Part shown: positions 48,916-61,966 of the stretch, piece by piece
How positions within the stretch are numbered: position 1 is the first letter of the stretch
How the letters are laid out: each line of letters starts with the position of its first letter
Notes under the pieces: generated by a model
Databases searched by the model: none
What the model was told of the DNA's origin: nothing
What the model saw: only the letters and a program-made list of their open reading frames with translations
Made by a program: the position numbers and the translations under genes
Source of the DNA: Vermamoeba vermiformis
Lineage: Eukaryota
Reading direction: 5' to 3'
Length of the DNA stretch: 64,000 bases
NCBI GenBank assembly: GCA_045837725.1
Contig: JBEWZL010000244.1
Coordinates: forward strand, 124,001 to 188,000

Positions 48916-50949
48916 CTAATCTATTACTCGCCGTACAGTTGCATCGTCTAGTAACTTGGCGAAGATGACATCAAATCTAAGTTGTCGGCCAGGGTATTGC
49001 ACAAACGAGAAAACCAACAGCCAAATCTCGATCGGCAATATTGCTTCCAGGTCTTCTCTCGCTCGCACTAGGTTGTATAATATTGTGACCATCTTAGCGA
49101 GCATGTTTTGTTGATATTGCTTGTTCCGAGCCAAATAGTTGGCTACTTGAGACTCGGCAGGAAACAGAGCACTCTGCAGATGCGTCAGCGACCAATTAAC
49201 CTCGAAGAAATCGTCGTCGAAGGACAAGGCTTTGCGCAACGGCGAATTGTTTTCAATGGACACCACGAGATTGGTTATTGTACGATTGTATTTGAAGGCG
49301 TCGCGGAATTGGTTGGCCTCTTCTGCACTGATGTTAGCAATTACCTGGCTGAAAACGAGCCGCAGCGAGTACACTCGAGTGGTGTTCATATTCAAGTACT
49401 TGGCGAGACTAAAGAATGTAGCCAAGTCCTCGAGTAGCAAGGTCAAGTAGTAAATGGTCTTAGAGCGGGCCAATATGTGTCCCAGTGGTGCGCACAGCTC
49501 AGCTGTCAGTGCGCCGTACACTTCAAGGTTCTTCAAACACTTGTGTGAGCCAATGGCGTCGCGTAATTTGTTGACTGCCAGTGCGCGACTAAGCACAATC
49601 AGCTCTGTGAATGACTGATTGTGCTCTAACATGTCGCTGAACATTTCAATCTCGTGTGTTGAAACTGGTGTTGATGTTGTTGGTGATGCGTCACGAAATT
49701 CGATTCTGGGCAACGAACACTCGCTGTCCGTCAGCGCGTCAAAGAGCAGCTGCCAAGTGTCCTCATTAATATTCGATATCATGTATGTTTCGCGTGATGA
49801 GTTGCGGATTTTGAACGGTTTGTAAAATTTTTGAGCCGAGTACATGTCATAGTTACATGAGACAACCGCCTAATGACAGCAATTATTAATAAGCTTCTCG
49901 ATAAACATCAAGCAACGAACCTTGTTGTCGACTGGATCTAAATAAGCGCGCGAACGTATCTTGATCCAATTTTGCAGATGAGAATGGGTCACAGGGGTAG
50001 TAAAGCGAGTTACTAGTGATTGTGAACAATACTTGTCGTGCAGTTGTACCATTATCCTCGTGTAGTTGCTCGTTTTGGTGGGTAGCTCAATTGTGCGGGT
50101 GTTGCGTGTTTCTTCAACTACAGCCTGCGTGGGGACTTGTGTTTTCCAATGTGTGAGTGTCGCGTATTTGTACCTTTGTCGTGGCATTAACACATATAAT
50201 ACAGGTGCGCTAACGTATTCTTTGCTCTTACTGTATCGGAAAGTCCACAAGTGGGACAAGCACATCCAGCTCCCACTTCGGGTACGTGTATTGCATGGTT
50301 ACTCTATACCAGGACATTAACTACACAATATCGAGTATCACAATGCATACCTGTCCAACTGTTTGCTGTTGCCGCAGATGAGAATGGCATCGCGTGGATC
50401 TTTGGTGCCTGCTGCAACTTGAAAACGAACGAGGGCATGATCGCTTAGAAGGCCTAATTGCGCTAATAAGTTAACAATATCGAGCATATAAGTACTCACT
50501 CGTGATCGTTTTCTTTTGCTCTATTGTTCTGCCAAATGTTTTGTCGAAGTTCATTAACCCGTCACTCAACTGATTACACCTATCGTCTATCTGATATAAT
50601 TAATTCGTGCAAATATAATATTTATATAGATATTAAGACGTGCCTGGAAATAATCTTGCGCTTGAAGAAAATTTGAATTTGAAACGTCTAATATTCGATT
50701 ATCTCCGTCCTCCCACTTTAAATCTGCTGGATTATCAGGGCAACTAACGTACTTATATTCTATTCTATTTTGCTCATTTTTAGAAATTGTTATTTCGCTT
50801 TCAAATAAGGTGTCTGTCAACCAACGAGTTCGAAGACCAGCTGCAGGGTCCCATTGTCCAAGAGCGTCAATATTGCCTACTACCTTGACGTTACAGTGTT
50901 TGTCCACATCAACAAGAAATCTAATCGTTATTTGGTCTTCGGTGTTCAT
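48916..50949 (-). CDS. Tandem CBM20 (starch-binding) + RNI-like LRR protein with C-terminal F-box-like motif
   Basis: CBM20-1 VKVVGNIDALGQWDP...IEYKYV...WEDGDNR; degenerate CBM20-2 VRFQV...ILICGNSKQL...IQYKY; RNI-like repeats (MLEHNQSFTEL, FKYNRTITNL); C-terminal LPIEIWLLVFSFV. All exons splice in frame. Confidence 0.7.
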
Positions 50950-51090
50950 CAGAAAAATGTAATTAATTTTGTCAGACAAGAACGAGAGCAGACAAAATTG
51001 CAATTCAAATTCATTCGATCAAATCTGTGCAGGTTCACAACGCGCAGTCTGATTAATTAAATTAAAAGAAAGATTATAGGAGAACTGAGC

Positions 51091-52919
51091 ATGGATGTAA
51101 GCAATTTAAACCTTAAACCGAATTTATGAGCAATCGATGATACATTCGAGGATATATTTACAATTATCTTACCAAAAATTATTAAATATCGACCTCGAGT
51201 TTCCCTTTCATGTCTCTCAAAGACTTAGCTAACTAATTTTTCCTCAGCTCCAAATAAATTTACCGGCTGAGGTATGGCAAGCAATAGTAGAATCTTTCAA
51301 ATTACACCCCAGCGAAAGCACGCATTCGAATTGGGAAATTCGGTGGCGGTTAAGCTTTCTTAGATGTGTTTCCAAAATGTTTTGCGAGCTCTGTGACAAA
51401 TACTTGCAACGCTATCCCAAGGACAAACAAGCGCGCCTTTATTGGCCAGTTACTTATAGCTTGGCGTGCTCTGGTTACGTGGAACTGCTCAAGCACGTTG
51501 TATCGAGTGGATGCAAGTTGGATCAAACAGTTCTTGCGTACGCTGCTCGAAGTGGCAGTCTTGAATGCCTCAAATACGTTGAAAGCTCTGGATGTAAGCC
51601 GGATGAACAAACTCTGTTGAATGCTGCTCAAAGCGGGAGTCTCGAATGCCTCACCTATGTGCACAGCTGTCTTGGAAAGTGGCCGAACTTGACGTGCAGC
51701 TTAATTGGCAGTTTGGAATGCCTCAAGTACGCATTGGATAACGGTGCTAGAAGTGACTTTTACAGCATGAAAGCGGCAGCGCGTCATGGTCAATTTGATA
51801 TCCTCAAATGCCTCCAAGAGAAGGGCGGACAGCTCGACGAAGAGGTTTGTGCCAATGCAGCGTACGCGAACAGACTTGACATTCTCAAATGGGCTCGTGC
51901 GTTGAATTGTCCTTGGAACAGTAGTGTCGTTGCATCAGCAGCAGGGGACAATAATTTAGAAATGTTGCAGTACGCACTCGAAAATGGCTGCGAGTACCCA
52001 CGCACGGTCATGTCAATCGCTGCAAACAACTGTAGCTTCGAGTGCTTGAAATACTTGCACGAGAGAGGACTTGAATGGAGCAATTCCGTGGATTACAACG
52101 AGTGTGATAGTGCAGCGCAGAGTGGCAAATTGAAGTGCTTGATCTACTGTCATGAAAACGGATGTAAGTGCTACCTGTTGAGCACGTGTTTTAACAGTCG
52201 AATTAATCTATCTCGTAGGTCCTTGGACTAATAATACAGCGTTGTTTGCTGCGACAAACGGGCACTTAGAGTGTCTTCGCTACGCGGTGGCAAATGGCTG
52301 TCCTCCGTTGCCCACCAACGCACTCAGAAGTCTGGCTCATGCAGGTCACTACGACACCTTTGTGTTTGCACACGAACAGGGGTGCACATTGACTGAGGAT
52401 ATAATGGATGCCGCCAAAGATCGTCTTGACATCGTGCAATATGCGCATGAGCGTGGTGTGCCATTCAGCCCTTTTTTTTGTGCTAATGCAGCGCTACAGG
52501 GCTCTTTTGTGCTACTTAAATATGCACACGAGCACGGTGCTCCTTGGAGTGAGACTGTAGGTGAAGCTGCTGCACGGGGTGGGTCCCTCAGCTGCTTGAA
52601 ATACGCGCACGAAAAAGGTTGTCCTTGGGGCCCTACAACGGTGTATTATGCTGCTAATGTAGGGGCTCTTGAGTTGGTCAAATATTACCACGAGAACGGC
52701 GGTGAGTGGACTTCACTGGTGTGCACCACAGCTGCGAGCCATGGTCACTTGGCTGTGCTCAAGTATGCGCACGAACACGGCTGTCCCTGGGACTCGTACG
52801 TTTGCAAACTCGCATCAGAAAAAGGGCACAATGCCTGCCTGGAATATGCACACTCAAAGCGATGCCCATGTCAACACACCGGCGTCAAAGAAGCTCCTGC
52901 ATGTCCTGCAAAAAAGTAG
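51091..52919 (+). CDS. F-box + ankyrin-repeat protein of the 'GHLECLKYAHENGCPW' type
   Basis: Two-codon first exon, intron to 51248, F-box LPAEVWQAIV...LRCVSKMF, then more than ten repeats like AA..G.LECLKYAHE.GCPW. Intron ~52163-52218. Confidence 0.85.
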
Positions 52920-53234
52920 ATCAGATCGTGATGTTAAAAAATCACTAGCACAGTGCTCTTTCGTGATGTATTTGTAATTTTTAATATCTGTAATCATATT
53001 GAGAAGTAAAAGAACATTCGCTGAGGTGTCACAGCAGCGGTGTTGAAATAAAATAAATTTTTTTGCCTGATTATTTTTTTGTTCCCAAAACGACGCTGAA
53101 GGCCACACAACGCGCCAAATATTTTTTTGAATAACTGGCCAAACAGCGAAACTGTCTATCTTATTGCGAATTGTATTATTTATGTTGTAGATTATTTATT
53201 AATTTTTTGAATATTTCTTTGGAGTTACAAAAAA

Positions 53235-56200
53235 ATGTCGATCAACACGTTTGTCAACGACCAGCTGCATTCCATTCTCGGATTTGCCGATTCAACGACT
53301 GTAGAATTTATTGTATCGTTGGTGAAGCGAGCTAAATCAGTAGATTCGCTGGTATCCAGTTTGCAAGAATATTTTCCCAAAGACAAAGCAGCTCAACTGT
53401 ACAACTTCGCCGAGCAAGCTTATAGTAAAATTCCACGTGCATCAGCTGGAGTTAGCGCGATGAAAGAACGCGAACGACAGCTGGCGGAATTAGCTAAGAA
53501 AAATCAAAGTTACAATCTCGTTTCTATGGATGTGGAAGACACTCCAGTGGTCAAGAAAGAGTTGTCTGAAGATAAAGATAAGAAGAAGAAATTTAGAAAG
53601 AGAAAAGCAAGTGAAATAGAAGAAGAGGAAGAGACTGCCGAATCCGCTTACGAACGAGATCAGCGAGAGAAGAAAGAATTTGAACAGAGATTATTGAAAA
53701 GAGAAGAAGAGCAAACAAAAAAGTTGGCACAAGCTAAAATTGATGTCAAGGAATACGAGGAGACTCAAAAGCGAAAACAGATCGCCGCGCTCGAGGATGA
53801 GCAGAAAAAGAAAGAGCTGTTGCAAAAATTACGACAGACCTCACGTGAAACATACACCAAAGATCGTGTGGACAGACAAATCGAATTGTACAGGCGAAAT
53901 TTGGCAGATATTGAACAACTGTTCGAAGGTGTCAATTTGACAGAGGCTGAGCAACGTGAACTCGAGCTGATGCGCAAGAAATTGAGAATTGCGATCGAGG
54001 CCAAGGAGGCAATGAGCGATGTCGTATATGACGGCTATATGATTCCTCAGGACGAATATGACGATAAAGGTATGTACTGGCTCGCGTTAATCATAAACTC
54101 GATTTTATTGTATATTTACCTCCTTACATTTAACCAACGAATATACTGACCCAATATCGTGTTTAAGGAAAGCTGGATCGTGAACGAAACTTGAAGAAGT
54201 TGACAGCGCGCTATGACAGGTCAAAGGAAGACGAGGCTCACATGAATGTCGAACAGAAAGAGTGGGAAGAAACTCAAATTAAAACAGCTCTCGCACCTGC
54301 TGCTGGTGCCAGAGAACGACCTGCAGACCCGAAAGAGAAGAAATATGATCTCGTGTTCGATGACCAGATCGCATTCATCCAAGAGGAGATTATGGCCGGT
54401 GAAGATCCCGATGCCATGGAAATGGACGAGTCCGAACAGATGAAGAAGATGTCACTCGACTTGCAAGGCCAGAGAAAGATGTTGCCCATCTTTCCGTACC
54501 GCGATGAGCTGTTGTACGCCATTGATCGATTCCAAGTGCTGATCATCATTGGTGAGACTGGCTCAGGAAAGACAACCCAAATCACGCAGTACTTGCACGA
54601 ACACGGCTACAGCAAGCGCGGCAAGATTGGTTGCACGCAGCCCCGTCGTGTCGCAGCCATGTCTGTGGCCAAGCGTGTCGCTGATGAAATGGGTGTGCGA
54701 TTGGGCCACGAAGTCGGTTACAGCATTCGTTTTGAAGACTGCACGTCAGACAAGACCATCATCAAGTACATGACTGACGGCATGTTGCTCCGTGAATTTT
54801 TGACAGAACCGGATCTCAAGAGCTACTCCGTGCTCATCATCGACGAAGCTCACGAACGTACATTGCATACTGACGTGTTGTTCGGTCTAGTGAAGGACGT
54901 GGCACGATTTAGACCTGACCTCAAGCTCATTATTTCATCTGCCACATTGGATGCCAAGAAGTTTTCAGATTATTTTGACGGCGCACGAAGATTCAAGATT
55001 CCCGGCAGAAGATACCCGGTCGATATTTACTACACTAAGGCCCCTGAAGCTGATTACCTCGAAGCTTCAATTGTAACAGCTCTGCAGATCCACGTCACGC
55101 AGCCTGAAGGAGACGTGTTAATCTTTTTGACTGGTCAAGAGGAAGTCGATACAGCTGCTGAAATTCTCACCATGCGAACACGAGGCTTGGGCACAAAGAT
55201 CAAAGAACTCATCGTGTGCAGAATTTACAGTACCTTGCCGTCAGATCTTCAAGCAAAGATTTTTGAACCAACGCCGCCTGGTGCTCGTAAAGTCATTTTG
55301 TCCACGAACATTGCCGAGACATCGCTGACCATTGACGGCATCAAGTACGTCATTGACACTGGTTTCTGCAAACAAAAGACATACAACCCGCGAACGGGCA
55401 TGGAGTCACTGATTGTCGTGCCAGTCTCCAAGGCCTCTGCTCAACAACGCGCTGGCCGTGCTGGCCGAACTTCGCCTGGCAAGTGCTTCAGATTGTACAC
55501 AGCGTATGCGTATCAGCACGAGTTGGAAGACATGACCGTGCCTGAAATTCAGCGCAGTAACTTGGGCAACGTGGTCTTGTTGCTGAAGAGTTTGGGCATC
55601 AACGATTTGATTCACTTCGAGTTTATGGACCCACCTCCTGCTGAAACACTGATCCGTGCCCTCGAACAGCTCTACGCGCTCGGTGCACTGAACGACAAGG
55701 GAGAACTTACCAAATTAGGAAGAAGAATGGCCGAGTTCCCGCTGGACCCGATGTTGTCCAAGATGTTATTGGCCTCAGAGAAGTACGCGTGCAGCGAAGA
55801 GATTGTCGTCATTTGCTCCATGCTTGGTGTCAACAACACTATTTTCTATCGCCCCAAAGACAAAGCTGTCCACGCAGATCATGCGCGTCAAAACTTCAAC
55901 GACCCCAACGGCGATCATATGACGTTGTTGAAGGTGTTCAAACAGTGGGAAGAAACGCAGTTCTCGACGCAATGGTGTTTTGAGAACTTTATCCAACACA
56001 GATCTATGAAGCGAGCACGTGACATCAAAGAACAGCTCGAAGGCCTGTTAGAGCGAGTAGAAATAGAGAAGAAGTCCTCGTCGGATGTCGATGCCATTAG
56101 AAAGGCCGTGGCAAGTGGATTTTTCTTCCACACCGCCAAGTTGACGAAAGGCGGTCAATACAGAACGATCAAGCACAACGAATCCGTGCAGATCCACCCT

Positions 56201-56410
56201 TCAAGTTCCATGTCGCAGCAGTTACCGCGCTGGGTGATCTATCACGAACTCGTATATACGACCAAAGAGTACATGCGACAAGTGATGGAGATCCGACCAG
56301 ATTGGCTGCTCGAAATTGCCCCGCACTACTACCGCTCGAAGGAATTAGAGGATGATTCGCAGAAGAAGTTGGCTAAGAAGACTGGCAAGTCCGCGCAAAA
56401 GTTCACATAA
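53235..56410 (+). CDS. DHX16: Pre-mRNA splicing DEAH-box helicase DHX16/Prp2
   Basis: N-terminal [50 protein letters not shown]-terminal [10 protein letters not shown]. One intron ~54070-54167. Confidence 0.93.
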
Positions 56411-57318
56411 TTATTGGGAGCTCTAGTCGAGAGTTGCTCTAAAAGTAAGTCGCAATCCCAAAAGATCCTGTGTTTGGGCCAATTTTGAGAACACAATCTA
56501 ATGCAATAATATTACATCAGCATGCCAACACGCACTTTGTACATATAACGATCCTCTGCGAATAAAACACTCTTTGGTTTGTACACTAATAGTGTTTGGA
56601 TCTGATCTGTGTTGACTTCGATTTGTGACGTGAGCCACAGAAAACGTCGTAAATTATCCGAACACGGTGTTATTACATAAGAATGAAGGTAATCTGCATC
56701 GGAGATTGTGTTACAAACGCACACTATGCACAGACGCAGATCCAATCAAATTAGTCACCAGCACCTGAGGTACTTGCAAGGAAAAATTGGTTACAGAAGA
56801 CATCTCGTTAGAGGTAAGAATAATTTTTAACTTCTTTAGCACGGAACGTTAAATTTCCAGATCCGAACTGCGATCTTTTTTAAATTATGGCCTTGCAATC
56901 ATTATTCGTTGCTTTGAATTGCAATTTCTAAAGATTCGGTCAACTAACAATATCTACAGTATTATATTTTATGGAGTCTATGTTTACTGATATTATAACA
57001 TTCGAGAATTCTTAATCTGCTCCGGGTGTGGCTCCGTTTTTCCGCGGCAGGCAAAACTTTGCGAGCTAAATTTACAATTGAACTGCCTTAATAGTCGCAC
57101 GACGTGGGTCGATGGCATACATTAATGGACCCGGTGGATCCAAAATTCCGGACTGCCAATAGAAACTTCCAATAGTTCTCGAAGGTTTGTTGGTTTTTTT
57201 CGGCCAGTTTTGGCAATCCCAACAGAAATAAAAGGCTGTGTCCAAGCCTTATTTGCCAACTCTCAAAGTCTGAAATAACACACGAAGCCGAAGCACCCTT
57301 TCGACAAACAAGATCAAG

Positions 57319-57630
57319 ATGTCGTTGCCTAAACCAATTAAGAGACAGCCTCTGAATATGTCCTTGGACGTGCTCAAAGAGGACTTCGAAGACGTCATTG
57401 GCTACAGATTTGGGGCTTTAGGTGCGTCTCTTGATTCAAGTCAATGTAAATTCATTCATTAATACTTTTAATCAGCAGTAACAGAGGATCTTGCCTACAG
57501 TATTGAATTTAATGTCAAGCCCGAGCCTGACACATTTCAAAGCACCTCGCCTATTTGGGAGGTTGATTTAATTGACTTCAACACGCCTGATTGGCGAGAC
57601 TTCCTTGCTGCAGATCCAATTTGTCAATAA
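57319..57630 (+). CDS. Small acidic hypothetical protein (~85 aa), not in the ORF track
   Basis: ATG 57319; phase-1 intron 57422-57475 (GTGCGT...CAG); in-frame to TAA 57630: MSLPKPIKRQPLNMSLDVLKEDFED...DWRDFLAADPICQ. Confidence 0.5.
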
Positions 57631-58447
57631 CCCGACCAAATTCAATTGAACCAATTGTAAATATGCGAACTCTTGTAAATATAACCTTTTGTATTATACT
57701 ACGCGATTAAAACATTGCGAATTGAAACTAATCATGAATTGCACGTATTTTCGAAATTGAACACATACGAGTATTACGAACCACAATACATTGAACTCAT
57801 AGCATTTATAATATCCAGCTTTAAAATCTTCTTGGCCGAGGGGCAATCAACAAAAAAACCATTGAGATCTCCTTCATTTTTTAAAATTTATTCCTATTTG
57901 ATAACGAGAGCTCTGCGGCTTTATGCGCGATCAAAATGTTCCTCGATTGTGTATAGCCGTTTTTATCTTGGTAGTAATCAATTTAATTTTTAATGTTGTG
58001 ATCAGATGAGGGGAATCTGCTGAATGAGCGATACAGATCCCCGGCTACTAGGGGTGCAGGGGACGAGAACAGGGTGCGTCTCACCTAACATGGATCTGCC
58101 TATTAGAGCAGCCGCGTTGTTGGACGGGCTAAATTTAAAATCGTCTCTCGTACATTGTTTTGAAGTAGCTTGCTCTGAGGAATGATGATTTTTGGGGCGA
58201 TGATGTAGAGCTGCGAACGCTCGAGCCAAGTGGTCATATTAGAATTCGTTTGAAATCTACGCAGAGGCGCGAAGCGATTGGCCAGTGAGGACCTGTCTGT
58301 CAACCCGTAGATCTCGAATGAATCATTTCGAACATTTAAAACATTCCAAAAAACACGGTTTCTTCACACCAACATAAAAACGGCTATAACTGCTCTTGCA
58401 TAGTAATTACCTAAGCTGCAACAAAGCCCACCTTCTAGAAGCCACAG

Positions 58448-59246
58448 ATGTCCTTAATTTGGTCCAAATATACAGCCGCATTGGCATCTCGACCTATATT
58501 AACAAAGGTTTTCACTGCAGGTGCGTAATTGATTGCAGCATAGGCAGTTATCATTAAACAGAAATTGAAATACTAAGATCTCTTATTAAAACAGGAACTT
58601 TAATGTTCATTGGTGATTTTATCGCTCAAAAAATAGATAAAAAGCCATTCGATTTAAAGCGCGATGCTATATTAACAACATACGTCTCTGCAATGACTCC
58701 GGGTAGGATTTGAAATTTTTTTATCTTATAATAATCTAACGAAATAGAAATACTCAATTATGATACTAATGATATTAAATTTGCATTTAGTTGTCCACTA
58801 TTGGTATAATTTTGTTGAGAAAACTTTTCCGGGCGGATCTATGAGGAATGCCATCAAAAAAGTTGCCTGTGATCAGTTATTATTTGCCCCTATTGGCATG
58901 GGACTATTTCTGTCGGTTACTACATTGATGGAAGGTACAATATCGATCAATTGATGAGATTTCCGCTGCTTGTTTGACAAACCTTTTTATGGATGTAGGC
59001 AAATCTTTTGAGGACGCCAAACAAAAGCTGAAAAAAGACTATGTTCGAGGAATGAAAGCCAATTACATGGTCTGGCCTGCCACTAACTTTATCAACTTCA
59101 AATACATCCCGTTAGAGCAACGTATTTTGTTTGCTGCCGGTGCGTACCACGTACCATCATAATTTGACACGTGTCAAAGGCTAACTCGCATCGCAGTCAT
59201 CAGTTTAGGTTGGAATGTTTATGTAGCCACTCTCAAGCACAGCTAA
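58448..59246 (+). CDS. Mpv17/PMP22 family membrane protein
   Basis: RPILTK, GDFIAQ, HYWY, KKVACDQLLFAP, NYMVWPATNFINFKYIP, WNVY. Confidence 0.93.
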
Positions 59247-59327
59247 TATCGATTTTTATTCGTAAAAACAAAAGTACGAATAAAAACGAATCTATTTACG
59301 ACATCCACTCTGTTTTCCGCAGCGAAT

Positions 59328-61825
59328 TTAACTCTTCTTGCCAGTGATTAAAATTCCTCCCAAATTTCCACCAGCAAACAAGTTGTCAATCTCCGTGAAG
59401 AAATATGTAACGCCATTAACAATCTAGTAAATTTCAGGTGAGTCCAATGTCATTCAATACCACCACTAGTTTTACGCCTTACCTTCTCACCATGAACAGC
59501 CACGTGTTTTTCACGGTTATTTTTGTAGTCTACTAATCGTTCATGCACGAATTGTCGCCAGTCCTCAGTCAAATCATGCACTTGAATGTCTGTGAATCCA
59601 CTCGCAGTCAAGTGCTGGATGTATCTGCACGACACGAGATTAATATACAAGCAACTACTATTAATCATAATAAGGCTGACTCTTACTCTTCGCGTGACGG
59701 GACATAGGGACACGCAACTACTATTTCGAGGTCACTGATCTCTTGCGCCGTGAAGGGCTTCAACTTGACAAAGTCCTCGATGACAAATGTAGCGCTAGAA
59801 AGTCAATTAGATCGCACTGCTCGTCCGTCAGCAATCGACGTACCCTTGTTTCATGTGTGCGGCAATGTTGTCAAACAATCGCTTTCTGTGCTTAATGTGC
59901 AGAATGGCCAGCCAGCTCACAAAGTGGTCAAATGGACCCAAGTGTTTGGCGTCAATAGTCGATGCGTCACCGAGCACGTGCGTCACTTGGTGGGCCAGTT
60001 GACACCTGTCAGTCAGTGACTGGGCCAGTTGTTGGCGACCAGTTTCAATCTCCACGGCACAGACTTGCGCGCCGTACTTGGATGCAAGATACCTGCGAGA
60101 TTGATTAGCACTATATTCAGCAAGCTAGTATTGTCCAGTTAGTACCTCGCAGGACCTCCCAGACCTGAACCAATGTCCATAACTTTTTCTCCTTTTTGTA
60201 TATTCAGTACTTTAGCTGCGTGATCAACACGTGCAGCTCCATGATAGTGAAGCTGATCGGAGTCGACCAGATCTGCCTCAGTCAATGGACCAGTTTCTAG
60301 TTCAGCTAGTTAGATAATTGCCTGATTATTAAACCAATTACCTTTCCCTTTCGCTTTTAAAATGTTTCTGAGCCGTGTGTCGTAAGCCAGCTTCATCGTT
60401 TGAATTTCAATCGCATTTACATCAGCCAACTTGACACGATGGTCATAAAACCTAATTAATGTTAACAAAGGGCCAACTAATACGCACTATTAAATGCTTA
60501 CTGAGCAAAGCTAAACGGTTCTTTCATGTCTTCAAACTTGGGCAGAATTTTCGCTTTAATGAGAGCTTCAACTGTTTTGACCAGCACACGGCGTGAAATG
60601 TACGATGAAGTTGCGTATTTGACGCCTTCAAACCACTTTTGTGCATCTTCGTGCGTCAGTCCGTGTCTCTCAGCGACGTACTTGACTGACTCAGTTCCAC
60701 CTTACAGAGAGTTAGATTAGATGTACGTGCTAGTCTCGAGATCAGACTCCACTTACCAGCTTTGAATCTCGCGCATGATTCTTGAATGGCCGCTAACATG
60801 TTCTGAATGCCAGTCCAGTTGTGTTCGAGCAGTTGATGTGACGCAGCAATCATGAAACACGGCCACGGAGTCACAATGTCACCTGCTCGGCCCAACTCGC
60901 CCTTGTCGACGTACGGCTTGGTCATGAATGTCTCCCACAAGAAGGCGTCGGCCTCACCGCTGCGCACACCATTGGAGAGGCCTTTGAAGTCGTTGAGTAT
61001 CGTGAACTTCAAGTCACCTGCGTCCACGGACCAGTCTTTGTCGTCTGCCAGCACCATCGCCATCAAATGCGAACCACTGCCAATACGACTAATACCTTTG
61101 AGGTGTCAGTTATTATGCACTAATGTCATCTATCACACCTTGACGTCATTACTAACCTATATTTTTGCCCTTCAAATCGTCCGCTGACTTGATGTCCGAG
61201 TTCGGTTTGGTGAGAATGGCCCACGTGAGCGGTGAGTGGACATAAGTAGCAACCAATTTCGCTGTTGATCCTTGTACAATATCTGCATATGCTTATATTA
61301 ATATCATGTGCTTAATGGGGCTGCTCATGATTTTACCTCTGATAATTCCTTCAGTCAAAAGCACAGCTACATCGAGAGAACCATCTGAAAACGTTAATTA
61401 TGCAAACTTTGAGTTAGATGCTTGTTACCATACCTCGCAATCCGGCGCACATCTTACCGGTGCCTTCGGGAATTTCTTTGAACTCGACATCCACACCTTT
61501 ATTCACTAATTAGCAATGTAATGACGCAAATTTGGTAAATCATGCATATAATAATATATTCACAGCGTATTTGTGCAGAAGCGCTGTTTTGAACGAAGTT
61601 CTATGGAACGGAATGGAATGTTCTAGATCTGTCAAGGACAAAATTCTAAAAAATCCCAAAAATAGCATACCGTGCTTAGCAAATATGCCGTCTCTTATAC
61701 CAAGATGAAACGGAGCATTGAAGTGCTCCGGAACTCCGCCGATCACAATTTTCTTGTTTTCCTTGATGAAAATGTTAACGCCCAAGCCTGTAACTGATAT
61801 ATTTTTGCATACTAACCTGTGCCAT
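59328..61825 (-). CDS. Fusion: NMT1/THI5-like periplasmic-binding domain + class I SAM methyltransferase
   Basis: N-half GGVPEHFNAP, EGTGKM, LLTEG, SPLTWAI, SRIGSGSHLM, FLWETFMTKPY. In-frame splicing into TMKLAYD...DQLHYHG...VMDIGSGLGGPARYLA...SWLAILHI...GGNLGG. Confidence 0.8.
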
Positions 61826-61966
61826 GTTGTTACTCGCTTGTTAAATTGCGCAATTAGACCGTAGAAAGTTTTTGTGTGAAGTAAAAAATCACGTGACGAC
61901 TTTTTTTTAATGGGAACTTTGTTTTGACAGTTACAGCCTTATATTTAACATGAATAACACAGCTTC

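Noticed and set aside
56726-57015. Possible two-exon short ORF downstream of DHX16
   Set aside because: Splice signals are present but the product is under 50 aa with no recognisable features; insufficient support.
58000-58070. Hammerhead ribozyme or RNase P/MRP assignment
   Set aside because: The CUGANGA/GAAA core and the P4 consensus could not be matched.
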